A stretch of 64,000 nt of DNA from Macrostomum hystrix (GCA_950097015.1 CATNEN010000008.1:2976001-3040000), one strand, 5' to 3'; positions 1-12,745 are shown, counted from the stretch's first letter. Numbers and translations: made by a program. Notes: generated from the letters alone by a model not told the origin.

Positions 1-655
1 ATGAGCGCCCACGTGGCCGGTGTTTCCGCAGACGTAGCAGCTCTGTCTAGTACGGTTCCCGCGACTCTGGCATTCCCGGCTGAGATGACCCTCCTTGCCG
101 CACGAGTAGCAGGTGATCTTGTTGCGTCGAACAGCTTTCTCTGCGCCCTTAGCGTTCTCGGCTCCGACGCAGCAGAAATCACGATCGATCATGAGGCTTC
201 GCGCCTTTTCAACAATTACGGAGTTCTCCAGTTCTTCCAGTGAGCACGATGCGACTAACTGCTGACTCACTGCGCCAGGTAGACCGCGAATGAACGCGCA
301 CTTTATCCATTCGTCTCCGGGCATCTCGTCGACCAGGCGTGCCAGCCTTGTCAGGTCGGCCAGAAAAACATCCACTGACTCCCCAGGACCCAGTCTTCGG
401 GAGACGAACGCGTCAAAGGCCTTGAACTTGTTGAGGCTGAACGCAGAGACCAAGGCTGCTCTGAGCGTCTTGTAGTTAGTCTTGCTGGCTTCATCTAGGC
501 CTTGGTAGACGGCAAAGGCACCGCCCGTTAGGAAGAGTGGCAGAAAGGAAGCCAGGTCAGTGATCTTCTGCAAGCTCCAGTTTCTGAGCCTACTGCGAGA
601 AATCTTCGTCGCCATCAAATTGCTTGATGATGTCGCTGAACTTTATTGCGCTCAT
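1..655 (-). mobile_element. Decayed Ty3/gypsy-type LTR retrotransposon gag, running off the left edge of the window
   Basis: Minus-strand translation from ATG at 655: MSAIKFSDIIKQFDGDEDFSQ*AQKLEL, then a frameshift to QKITDLASFLPLFLTGGAFAVYQGLDEASKTNYKTLRAALVSAFS...RRLGPGESVDVFLADLTRLARLV...KCAFIRGLP...CYSCGKEGHLSREC...CYVCGNTGHVGAH. One complete CX2CX4HX4C knuckle and a second cut by the window edge. In-frame TAG at 592-590. TAACA at 771-767 could be the 5' LTR end. Confidence 0.85.
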
Positions 656-857
656 TCTTGCTTTCGTTTAAAAGCCGCGATAGCTTGTAACTAAGTCGCT
701 AATGCAAAATGCAGAAGGGAACGCAAGAAGGTGAATATATTTGCGAGGGGCTGGACCTCGCGCACTTGTTAAGTGGGGTACAGAACAGTCTATCGCTGCT
801 TAAGCAGCGGCATCGGTCAACTAACAAAAAAGATAGTTAAAGTACGAGTACAACAAG

Positions 858-1477
858 TACCATCGCTGAGACCAGACATGACAGTACCATCACTGAGACC
901 AGACATGACAGACCATCACTGAGACCAGACATGACAATACCGTCACTGAGACCAGACATGACAGTACCATCACTGAGACCAGACATGACAGCACCGTCTC
1001 TGAGACCAGACATGACAGTACCATCACTGAAACCAGAAGTGACAATACCGTCACTGAGACCAGACATGACAGCACCGTCTCTGAGACCAGAAATGACAGC
1101 ACCGTCTCTGAGACCAGACATGACAGTACCGTCTCTGAGACCAGACATGACAGTACCGTCTCTGAGACCAGAAATGACAGCACCGTCTCTGAGACCAGAC
1201 ATGACAATACCGTCACTGAGACCAGACGTGACAATACCGTCACTGAGACCAGACGTGACAATACCGTCACTGAGACCAGACATGACAGCACCGTCTCTGA
1301 GACCAGAAATGACAGCACCGTCTCTGAGACCAGACATGACAGCACCGTCTCTGAGACCAGAAATGACAGCACCGTCTCTGAGACCAGACATGACAGCACC
1401 GTCTCTGAGACCAGAAATGACAGCACCGTCTCTGAGACCAGACATGACAGCACCGTCTCTGAGACCAGAAATGACAG
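858..1477. repeat. 27-bp minisatellite (ATGACAGCACCGTCTCTGAGACCAGAC), about 23 copies, in Kv intron
   Basis: Direct tandem periodicity; 9-aa repeats in the ORF track. Confidence 0.95.
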
Positions 1478-1518
1478 AGTATTATCAAAGCGATCAAACC
1501 AACTGAAATGAGACGCAC

Positions 1519-2913
1519 CTGCAATCCTCGATAATGTCTTCCAATTCTGAGCAGCCTGACAAACAGGGAAATTTTGAGGAAGGCAATGTACTCTGTGACA
1601 CCGAAGCTGTTGACCTCGGAGAATTCGATAATACCCCAGGCAATCTTCAGCAGCTCATTAATATAGAACGGCAATATGGACAGCAGGTCGATAACAGTGT
1701 AGGCGTTCTTAAAGTACGCCAGCTTGTTCTTGCAGCACAGAAGGCGCACCAGAAAGTCGAAGGTGAGCACTCCGAATGCGAACCAGTCGGAAAAGACCAG
1801 CCAGTCGACTTTGATTCTCGTCTGCGCGTCAGTGTGGTTGCCGTACCAGGACGGGTGCTTGCTGGAGTAGAACTGGATCTCGCGCTGCGTCAGCAGTCGC
1901 TGAAACTGCTCTGATGTGCTGGCCACAAAGCTGAAGACGGCGTACAAAACCGTGACCGTCAGCAGCACCGCGTAGACAGCCGCTGGGAAGCCCGACGAAG
2001 GATGGTCCAGAATCTTCCAGCAGCGACGGCGCAGCGAAGTAAGGAACGTCTTGACTCTTTTCCAACCTGGGATGGGGGTCCGCGTACGTGGTTTTAGTTT
2101 GTGTTCTCGACAAGATCAACTACAAAGTGTGTTCATGATTGTTCTACTGTGCTAGCTACGCACCTGTGCCCACGAGCCTAACCTGAGATCTAACTATGCG
2201 CAATTACAGGGGCCGAAGCCGCCTCACCCTTTGAGCCGCTGGGCCCATGCCCGTCGCAATCGTCGGCATCGCCGCACTCTGGCAGCAGCAGCGGCTCGCT
2301 CTCCATCTCCTCTTTAAAGAAGTTCTCAAACTGTTTGAGACTTATAAGCCGGCTCTTGGTGTCCATAAGGTGGCTCACGCAGCAGTTCTGAATCTCGAGG
2401 GCGGGCTGGATGCCCCAGAGAGCCAGTTCCTGTTCCAGCAGGGGGCCGCACAGGTGATGAGGAACGTGCAGTTCACCGTAGCGGCAGTACCACAGCACAA
2501 TGTTGAACACCGTGGGGTCGCGGTCAAAGTAGTACTCTTCCTGACCTGACCGGTAAACTCCGTCTCGCAGTATCTTATCGTATATGAACTGCTGCCTCAT
2601 CAGGGTGGACCGAAGTACCTCGAAACGTCTGCCGCTGACATTAACTTTTATGAGGCTGAGAACGTCAGTCTCATCGATATCGGCCATGAGCTCGTTGCAC
2701 TCCAGTGAGCCTTCGTCTATGAAGTGCATGTTGGCTGTGGCCTCGCAGATGTCCTCCAGGTGGTGCGGCTGAGGCTGGGACCACGGCCGTTGCAAAGGTG
2801 GCGACGGCGGCGAAGGCGGCGATGGAGGCGGCGGCAGCAGCGGCGGAGGCAGCGGGTGTGGAGGCTGTGGAGGAGTTGAGGGCCGATTCTGAGAATCCAT
2901 TAAATTTTGTTGC

Positions 2914-2973
<60 letters not shown>

Positions 2974-2993
2974 TGCTGCTGGTGACGTGGCAT
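1519..2993 (-). CDS. Voltage-gated K+ channel alpha subunit, Shaw/Kv3-like, partial (T1 domain and S1-S4). Exons 2993-2228 and 2066-1519; S5-pore-S6 must lie left of the window
   Basis: T1/BTB motifs KVNVSGRRFE, EYYFDRDPTVFNIVLWYCRYGELHVPHHLCGPLLEQELALWGI (Kv3: [21 protein letters not shown]). Phase-1 intron AAG G|GTGAGG ... CCCAG|GT TGG joins SKG-WKRVK. Then S1-S3 (AYTVIDLLSILPFY) and S4 FLKISLFVRLLRIGRHYRGLQ, ending at donor CAG|GTGCGT at 1519. The true start may be further upstream. Confidence 0.9.
2903..2981 (-). repeat. (CAG/CAA)n coding for a poly-Gln tract in the Kv N-terminus
   Basis: (GCT)n on the plus strand; QQQK followed by about 22 Q in the Kv frame. Confidence 0.9.
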
Positions 2994-4169
2994 CCTATCT
3001 GGTGCGGCAGCAAAGGCTGCGGATCCGCCGAGAGGAGAAGTCGGTCTCTCGATAGCTGCAGGATGGGTGGAGGTTGCGCGTCTTCAAGGACAAGATAAGA
3101 GTTTCAGCCCGAAAAATTAGGTCAAATATATTCCGAATTAGCAGCGATGTGCAGGTCAGGTAAGTACTTGAAAACCAAGAAACAAACAGTTGACAGTTGC
3201 GGGAGGGGACAAAAAGGACTGGGCTGTGCAGCCGCTGTGTGCAGGCTGTTCGGGCATTAAAAGCGAATCAAGCAGTTGCTGGCCCGCCTCCAAAATGGCA
3301 GCGAGTGGGGTAGGAACTGCCGATGGTATTAGGAAAGGGATTCACTCGGGGTGTGTGATCGCTCGGAATTGGCTGATGCCAGTGGTGGGCCACAGTAAAT
3401 TAGTGACTCCGTGCTAACCGGGAAAGCATCTCTAATGCCGCTACTCGAGTCAGACGACTATATTGTCGCCACTGAAGTCCGCTCTCAATCAAGCAAGCGA
3501 GGATTTGGCCGCAGATAATAGGAGGCGATGAAGTGTTATTAGCTGACGCACCTTAACGATTCACCAACGGGCGCCCAGTTCGAGAAACTGATCTTGCACA
3601 GTGCATCGCAGCCCAGGCGTAATGCTTTTCTAAGAAGCAGCGTATATTCGAAGCGAGAAAGCGGAACAAACGAGCACAAGACGGAAGACAGAAAAACCTA
3701 CGAAAGCTGGGCCTTATAAAATAATAGGCATCCGTTCAAAGCTCCATCAGCCAACACGCGCAAACACACCCCAGTTGTAGCAGCAATGCCAGATGGAGCA
3801 GTGGCTTGGGTATAGCTGCAGCAGTGGCTGCAACCTTTGCAAACCCAACCAAGGACGAAGCCAACCCCTCGTCAGTCACTGACGCGCTCCACGCATACAG
3901 CAGGGTGTGGGGGTGGTAGCTTGCGGGTGAAAGGCAGGGAATCTACGCCAATGTGTTCCACGCTGGGGCCAGACGGTCATTGTTCTCCATCATGCGCGCG
4001 CCACCGGTAGAGGGGGTCTGCTTTCTAGACTTTGAAAGATCGCCGCAAACACATGCAGATTGTGCGGCTCTATCAGCAAATGCCCCCCTGGGCCTCCAAC
4101 TCGAACTTGCATGAACTTCAACAGAAGCGATTCTTATTGTGCCCCAACACCCTTTTCCCTGCAACCCCA

Positions 4170-5180
4170 CAACTATCCCTGCTACCCCCAAGCATCTACC
4201 ACTATCCCTGCTACCCCCAAGCATCCACCAGTATCCCTGCTACCCCCAAGCATCCACCAGTATCCCTGCTACCCCCAAGCATCCACCAGTATCCCTGCTA
4301 CCCCCAAGCATCCACCAGTATCCTGCTACCCCAAGCATCCACCAGTATCCCTGCTACCCCCAAGCATCCACCAGTATCCCTGCTACCCCCAAGCATCCAC
4401 CAGTATCCTGCTACCCCAAGCATCCACCAGTATCCCTGCTACCCCCAAGCATCCACCAGTATCCCTGCTACCCCCAAGCATCCACCAGTATCCCTGCTAC
4501 CCCCAAGCATCCACCAGTATCCCTGCTACCCCCAAGCATCCACCAGTATCCCTGCTACCCCCAAGCATCCACCAGTATCCCTGCTACCCCGTAGCATCCA
4601 CCAGTATCCCTGCTACCCCCAAGCATCCACCAGTATCCCTGCTACCCCCAAGCATCCACCAGTATCCCTGCTACCCCCAACCATCCACCAGTATCCCTGC
4701 TACCCCCAAGCATCCACCAGTATCCCTGCTACCCCCAAGCATCCACCAGTATCCTGCTACCCCAAGCATCCACCAGTATCCCTGCTACCCCCAAGCATCC
4801 ACCAGTATCCCTGCTACCCCCAAGCATCCACCAGTATCCCTGCTACCCCCAAGCATCCACCAGTATCCCTGCTACCCCCAAGCATCCACCAGTATCCCTG
4901 CTACCCCCTAGCATCCACCAGTATCCCTGCTACCCCCTAGCATCCACCAGTATCACTGCCACCCCCAAGCATCCACCAGTATCCCTGCTACCCCCAAGCA
5001 TCCACCAGTATCCCTGCTACCCCCAAGCATCCACCACTATCCCTGCTACCCCAAGCATCCACCACTATCCCTGCTACCCCAAGCATCCACCAGTATCCCT
5101 GCTACCCCAAGCATCCACCACTATCCCTGCTACCCCAAGCATCCACCAGTATCCCTGCTACCCCAAGCATCCACCCCTAT
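4170..5180. repeat. 29-bp minisatellite (CCCCCAAGCATCCACCAGTATCCCTGCTA), about 35 copies
   Basis: Direct tandem periodicity with occasional single-C deletions. Confidence 0.95.
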
Positions 5181-5790
5181 CCCTACACTAACCCGTCTCT
5201 GTTCCTGCAAGGCTCAGAGTCCTTTCATAGTTTTTCTAAAAATGGATCAGAAATGACTTAAATTGAAGGCGTCCTACTTAAATCTTCAATCTCAGCTGAT
5301 GGAACTTGAAACTAATCTTAGAAATCCCATTTTGCCATTCTTCAACAATGCTAATTTAGCGCAGCCTCCCAATGCCGAGAGGGCACACTTCACTTTCAGA
5401 CTGATCCATAAAACTGCCTCATCTGGTCAATGTCCCAATCCCAGAAAATATCCACTTCAACCAATTTGAAGTAAGCGCTAACTGCGAGCGGAAGGACAGA
5501 GGGAAATCTCTCCAGGACCAGGTCTGAAAAGCAAATACCTTAGGTAGATGCTCTCTTAACTGAAAGAAGGAAAACTAAAAACCTAAATTAATCATGTGGC
5601 TATTATTGTTGACTATGTTGTATTGATTATACTGTTCATTTCAATTTTCAAACCAATATGGAATTGCCAATGTCATAGCTCAGGCTTATATAGATCAATT
5701 TTAGTTGTTCTTGTCGGGAGCACGAGAATTTCCCGCGGGAATTTTTCCCGCCGAGCTCACACACAGGTAGCCAGCCAGGCAGGCAGGCAG

Positions 5791-5826
5791 GCAGACAGAC
5801 AGACAGACGGACAGACAGACGGACAG

Positions 5827-5868
<42 letters not shown>

Positions 5869-5874
5869 GGACAG

Positions 5875-5909
<35 letters not shown>

Positions 5910-5938
5910 GACAGACAGACGGACAGACAGACGGACAG

Positions 5939-5973
<35 letters not shown>

Positions 5974-5978
5974 GACAG

Positions 5979-6020
<42 letters not shown>

Positions 6021-6090
6021 GGACAGACAGACGGACAGACAGACAGACAGGCAGACAGACAGACAGGCAGGCAGACAGACAGACAGACAG

Positions 6091-6125
<35 letters not shown>

Positions 6126-6152
6126 GACAGACAGACGGACAGACAGACAGAC
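5791..6152. repeat. (CAGA)n microsatellite with interspersed CGGA
   Basis: Direct observation. Confidence 0.95.
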
Positions 6153-7088
6153 AGGTAGGAAGGTAAACAGGCAATCACGAGAAATTTCTTGCGGGAAAAT
6201 CTTTCTGCGGGAAAAGTCTGGGCGGGGAAATTTCCTGCGGGAAACTCTCGTGCGGGAAATTCTCAAAGACTCATGCGTGTAGCCTATATGTATCGAAAAC
6301 TTGTTCCATAGGTTTTAAACAAACCTATGATTGGCAAAAAGTTTTCACCCATGCGCAGAGAGTGATGGCAAAGGTCTATGTCCCGTGAGGCGTAGGAAGA
6401 TATGCGCCCTCCACTGCCTACAGTGGCCTCACAAGGGCCCCCAAAGCGTTCCAAAAGTGCGTAAAAAATCGGCGCGTTTGGGTTAAAGTTTTGTCCCTTG
6501 GAGAGTCGCAGGCTGTTGGGAATACGCGGGCTAAAGGTCGCTGTTGGGGTGGGGAAGCTGCGCCAACCAACGAACCAAGCAACCAGTTACTGCCCAACAA
6601 CCGTACAAACTCTGCTTCCTAGAAGCAAAGCGATTTACCGAATCAGTTCAGTGGCTGGCCTGTGGTGCAACTGTCAGACCCGCAGATCAGACACAGATCT
6701 ACCCTCAGCCAGCGCCATTCTTGCGAGATATTTTTAGCTGGAAAATGCAAATCATTCCGACATACTTAACTGGACATGAAGTGCCGGATAATTGCAAGCA
6801 GGAAAATGCGATCATTTACAAGTGAATAGCGGTCAAAATCTGCTGTAAAATCACTCTTATCTGGGGTGGTTACCTGGTAACGTTCAATGAACCCCAGATC
6901 AGCTCCTACATGATATGTAGCAACAATATCCGTTTTTTATTACTGCCAGATACTGCAGTCGCATACAGACGCATACACGGCTGTACACATTCATAGCGGC
7001 TGATGGGCTGACGTATATTGCAAGTCCTTCTGGCTAATTACTAACTCTTTGCTAAAAGAGTTCGATTGTTCTAAAGAGGAGAACTCAC

Positions 7089-7349
7089 CGTTGACATTCT
7101 CAAAGATCTTGACCGTCATGGCGACACTGGCTGACTCTGGCCTCTTAATCAGCGGCTCAGTTGGCTCTCGCTTGACAATTCCTATGCTGGCTACGGCCGG
7201 AGGGGTCACGTGACGTCTCATTGTGGGCTCTGCCGGCGGCGGCGGCAGCGGCGGCGGCCCGGCCATCCTGCTGCTGAGCGGCTTCCTCTGAGCTGCCCGG
7301 CCGTGCTGATGCGACACGAAGTGCGACATTTCACCTGGCCCGGCTGCCT
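7089..7349 (-). CDS. Putative isolated coding exon, Pro-rich, product unknown
   Basis: 261-nt stop-free GC-rich segment bounded by TTCTCAG| and G|GTGAGT, phase 1 at both ends: EAAGPGEMSHFVSHQHGRAAQRKPLSSRMAGPPPLPPPPAEPTMRRH...KIFENVN. No recognisable domain. Confidence 0.45.
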
Positions 7350-7687
7350 CTGAGAACGTGCATTTTTGTTCGGATCTCAGTGTAAAACTGAATAAAAACA
7401 AGCCAATTCACCTACTGAAAGTAGGCGAATATGGATGTGGCGAAAAATGCCGAATAACAATAAATGTGCAAATGTTTCTTATTCACTTTTTAAGTGACAG
7501 CGCCACTGGACGTAAAAAGTGCAACGTAACAAATGCAAAAAACTCATTTGGCAATTTTTTCTCTAACTAGAATGAAAGAACTAACAAGAAATGTTACCCA
7601 AACAATTAAATATGGATTGTATGTGCACTAAAATATAGTTGGACTTCTCTGGACATCCAAGGACACTTTTGGGGTTAGCTACGAATA

Positions 7688-10600
7688 CTAGCTACAGTTC
7701 CTGCTGCGATATCTATAGCTACAATTCCTGCTGCGAAATCTATAGCTACAGTTCCTGCTGCGATATCTATAGCTACAGTTCCTGCTGCGATATCTATAGC
7801 TACAGTTCCTGCTGCGATATCTATAGCTACAATTCCTGCTGCGATATCTATAGCTACAGTTCCTGCTGCGATATCTATAGCTACAGTTCCTGCTGCGATA
7901 TCTATAGCTACAATTCCTGCTGCGATATCTATAGCTACAGTTCCTGCTGCGATATCTATAGCTACAGTTCCTGCTGCGATATCTATAGCTACAGTTCCTG
8001 CTGCGATATCTATAGCTACAATTCCTGCTGCGATATCTATAGCTACAGTTTCCTGCTGCGATATCTATAGCTACAGTTCCTGCTGCGATATCTATAGCTA
8101 CAATTCCTGCTGCGATATCTATAGCTACAGTTCCTGCTGCGATATCTATAGCTACAGTTCCTGCTGCGATATCTATAGCTACAGTTCCTGCTGCGATATC
8201 TATAGCTACAGTTCCTGCTGCGATTCTAGCTACACTTCCTGCTGCGATTCTAGCTACAGTTCCTGCTGCGATATCTATAGCTACAATTCCTGCTGCGATA
8301 TCTAGCTACAGTTCCTGCTGCGATATCTATAGCTACAGTTCCTGCTGCGATATCTATAGCTACAGTTCCTGCTGCGATATCTATAGCTACAATTCCTGCT
8401 GCGATATCTATAGCTACAGTTCCTGCTGCGATATCTATAGCTACAGTTCCTGCTGCGATTCTAGCTACAATTCCTGCTGCGAAATCTATAGCTACAGTTC
8501 CTGCTGCGATATCTATAGCTACAATTCCTGCTGCGATATCTATAGCTACAATTCCTGCTGCGATATCTATAGCTACAGTTCCTGCTGCGATATCTATAGC
8601 TACAGTTCCTGCTGCGATTCTAGCTACAATTCCTGCTGCGATATCTATAGCTACAGTTCCTGCTGCGATTCTAGCTGCAGTTCCTGCAGCGATTCTAGCT
8701 GCAGTTCCTGCAGCGATTCTAGCTACAGTTCCTGCTTCGATATCTAGCTACAGTTCCTGCTGCGATATCTAGCTACAGTTCCTGCTGCGATATCTAGCTA
8801 CAGTTCCTGCTGCGATATCTAGCTACAGTTCCTGCTGCGATATCTAGCTACAGTTCCTGCTGCGATATCTAGCTACAGTTCCTGCTGCGATATCTAGCTA
8901 CAGTTCCTGCTGCGATATCTATAGCTACAGTTCCTGCTGCGATATCTAGCTACAGTTCCTGCTGCGATATCTATAGCTACAGTTCCTGCTGCGATATCTA
9001 GCTACAGTTCCTGCTGCGATATCTATAGCTACAGTTCCTGCTGCGATATCTAGCTACAGTTCCTGCTGCGATATCTAGCTACAGTTCCTGCTGCGATATC
9101 TAGCTACAGTTCCTGCTGCGATTCTAGCTACAGTTCCTGCTGCAATATCTAGCTACAGTTCCTGCTGCGATATCTAGCTACAGTTCCTGCTGCGATTCTA
9201 GCTACAGTTCCTGCTGCGATATCTAGCTACAGTTCCTGCTGCGATATCTATAGCTACAGTTCCTGCTGCGATATCTAGCTACAGTTCCTGCTGCGATATC
9301 TAGCTACAGTTCCTGCTGCGATTCTAGCTACAGTTCCTGCTGCGATATCTAGCTACAGTTCCTGCTGCGATATCTAGCTACAGTTCCTGCTGCGATATCT
9401 AGCTACAGTTCCTGCTGCGATATCTAGCTACAGTTCCTGCTGCGATTCTGACTACAATTCCTGCTGCGATATCTAGCTACAGTTCCTGCTGCGATATCTA
9501 GCTACAGTTCCTGCTGCGATATCTAGCTACAGTTCCTGCTGCGATATCTAGCTACAGTTCCTGCTGCGAAATCTAGCTACAGTTCCTGCTGCGATATCTA
9601 TAGCTACAGTTCCTGCTGCGATATCTATAGCTACAGTTCCTACTGTGATATCTAGCTACAGTTCCTGCTGCGATATCTATAGCTACATTTTCTGCTGCGA
9701 TGTCTAGCTACAGTTCCTCCTGCGATATCTAGCTACAGTTCCTGCTGCGATATCTAGCTACAGTTCCTGCTGCGATATCTAGCTACAGTTCCTGCTGCGA
9801 TATCTAGCTACAGATCCTGCTGCAATATCTAGCTACAGTTCCTGCTGCAATATCTAGCTACAGTTCCTGCTGCAATATCTAGCTACAGTTCCAGCTGCGA
9901 TATCTAGCTACAGTTCCTGCTGCAATATCTAGCTACAGTTCCTGCTGCAATATCTAGCTACAGTTCCTGCTGCAATATCTAGCTACAGTTCCTGCTGCGA
10001 TATCTATAGCTACAGTTCCTGCTGCGATATCTAGCTACAGTTCCTGCTGCGATATCTAGCTACAGTTCCTGCTGCGATATCTAGCTACAGTTCCTGCTGC
10101 GATTCTAGCTACAGTTCCTGCTGCAATATCTAGCTACAGTTCCTGCTGCGATATCTAGCTACAGTTCCTGCTGCGATTCTAGCTACAGTTCCTGCTGCGA
10201 TATCTAGCTACAGTTCCTGCTGCGATATCTAGCTACAGTTCCTGCTGCGATATCTAGCTACAGTTCCTGCTGCGATATCTAGCTACAGTTCCTGCTGCGA
10301 TATCTAGCTACAGTTCCTGCTGCGATATCTAGCTACAGTTCCTGCTGCGATATCTATAGCTACAGTTCCTGCTGCGATATCTATAGCTACAGTTCCTACT
10401 GTGATATCTAGCTACAGTTCCTGCTGCGATATCTATAGCTACATTTTCTGCTGCGATGTCTAGCTACAGTTCCTCCTGCGATATCTAGCTACAGTTCCTG
10501 CTGCGATTCTAGCTACAGTTCCTGCTGCGATATCTAGCTACAGTTCCTGCTGCGATATCTAGCTACAGTTCCTGCTGCAATATCTAGCTACAGTTCCTGC

Positions 10601-11952
10601 TGAAATATCTATAGCTACATTTTCTGCTGCGATGTCTAGCTACAGTTCCTGCTGCAATATCTAGCTACAGTTCCTGCTGCAATATCTAGCTACAGTTCCT
10701 GCTGCGATATCTAGCTACAGTTCCTGCTGCAATATCTAGCTACAGTTCCTGCTGAAATATCTAGCTACAGTTCCAGCTGCGATATCTAGCTACAGTTCCT
10801 GCTGCAATATCTAGCTACAGTTCCTGCTGCAATATCTAGCTACAGTTCCTGCTGCGATATCTAGCTACAGTTCCTGCTGCGATATCTAGCTACAGTTCCT
10901 GCTGCGATATCTAGCTACAGTTCCTGCTGCGATATCTAGCTACAGTTCCTGCTGCGATTCTAGCTACAGTTCCTGCTGCGATATCTAGCTACAGTTCCTG
11001 CTGCGATATCTAGCTACAGTTCCTGCTGCGATATCTAGCTACAGTTCCTGCTGCGATTCTAGCTACAGTTCCTGCTGCAATATCTAGCTACTGTTCCTGC
11101 TGCGATATCTAGCTACAGTTCCTGCTGCGATTCTAGCTACAGTTCCTGCTGCGATATCTAGCTACAGTTCCTGCTGCGATTCTAGCTACAGTTCCTGTTG
11201 CGATATCTAGCTACAGTTCCTGCTCCGATATCTAGCTACAGTTCCTGCTGCGATTCTAGCTACAGTTCCTGCTGCGATATCTAGCTACAGTTCCTGCTGC
11301 GATATCTAGCTACAGTTCCAGCTGCGATATCTAGCTACAGTTCCTGCTGCAATATCTAGCTACAGTTCCTGCTGCAATATCTAGCTACAGTTCCTGCTGC
11401 GATATCTAGCTACAGTTCCTGCTGCGATATCTAGCTACAGTTCCTGCTGCGATATCTAGCTACAGTTCCTGCTGCGATATCTAGCTACAGTTCCTGCTGC
11501 GATTCTAGCTACAGTTCCTGCTGCAATATCTAGCTACTGTTCCTGCTGCGATATCTAGCTACAGTTCCTGCTGCGATTCTAGCTACAGTTCCTGCTGCGA
11601 TATCTAGCTACAGTTCCTGCTGCGATTCTAGCTACAGTTCCTGTTGCGATATCTAGCTACAGTTCCTGCTCCGATATCTAGCTACAGTTCCTGCTGCGAT
11701 TCTAGCTACAGTTCCTGCTGCGATATCTAGCTACAGTTCCTGCTGCGATATCTAGCTACAGTTCCTGCTGCGATATCTATAGCTACAGTTCCTGCTGCGA
11801 TATCTAGCTACAGTTCCTGCTGCGATATCTAGCTACAGTTCCTGCTGCGATATCTAGCTACAGTTCCTGCTGCGATATCTAGCTACAGTTCCTGCTGCGA
11901 TATCTAGCTACAGTTCCTGCTGCAATATCTAGCTACAGTTCCTGCTGCGATT
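7688..11952. repeat. 4.3-kb minisatellite, 24/25/27-bp variants of TAGCTACAGTTCCTGCTGCGATATC(TA)
   Basis: Direct periodicity; 27-mers dominate on the left, 25-mers and 24-mers on the right. Confidence 0.97.
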
Positions 11953-12477
11953 CTGGCCACTGTAAACGTTTTATATTTGTGTTGAACAGAGTTAAGTTTT
12001 TACCTGTTTCTAACGTATAGCTCTGACAATTGTCAGTGATTTCATTGTTGAAGAAATTTTATTTTGTTAACGATGGCTGTGCGATCTCTTCGATATTAAG
12101 TGTGGTAGTGTAGTAGAATTTCTCAATCCAGAGCGGTAAAGTCAAATATTTTATCGTCACCGTTCCGCTTTGCTTTAGCTTTAAATATCGGTTTCAGTTT
12201 ATTTCGGCTAAATTCTCCTCTAATCCACCAAGAACGGTTGTTGATTCGATTACGAATTTGACTTTTCAAACATTTTGCTGACATTCAGTAAGTCATTAAT
12301 AAAAGTGATTTGTTATTTGCATTCGATTTAAGAAAGAAATCCACAGAAAATATTGGCATTGATGAATGAATGATTCAAATCCGTTTCCCGAGTTTGGCCA
12401 AATGGATTAACTAGCTGCAACGTCAGGCAATGATTTAAGATCTTCAAAAAAATATATATTTATTTTAAAAAATTCTT

Positions 12478-12745
12478 ACTTCTCCTTTTACCCTTCCTCT
12501 TCATCGTCTTCTTTTAATTCTTCATCCACTTCCTCTTACTCCACTTGATATTTTTCATTCTTCTTCTTTCTCCTATTCTTTCTCTATTTCTTCTTCTTCA
12601 TCCTCTTCTAGGTTCTTCCTCTTCCTCATCTTTCTCTTCATTTTCCCCTTCTTCCTCTCCTTCTTCCCCTTCTTCCTCTTTCTCTTCTTCCTTCTTCTTC
12701 TCGTCCTCATCCTCTTCTTCTTATTAATATTCTTCCTTTTCTTCG
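12478..12745. repeat. Low-complexity pyrimidine tract, (TCT/TCC)n
   Basis: Degenerate trinucleotide run; GAA/GAG-rich on the minus strand with stops. Confidence 0.8.

Noticed and set aside
1534-2549. Plus-strand ORFs 1534-1914 and 2247-2549
   Set aside because: Antisense shadows of the Kv coding exons.
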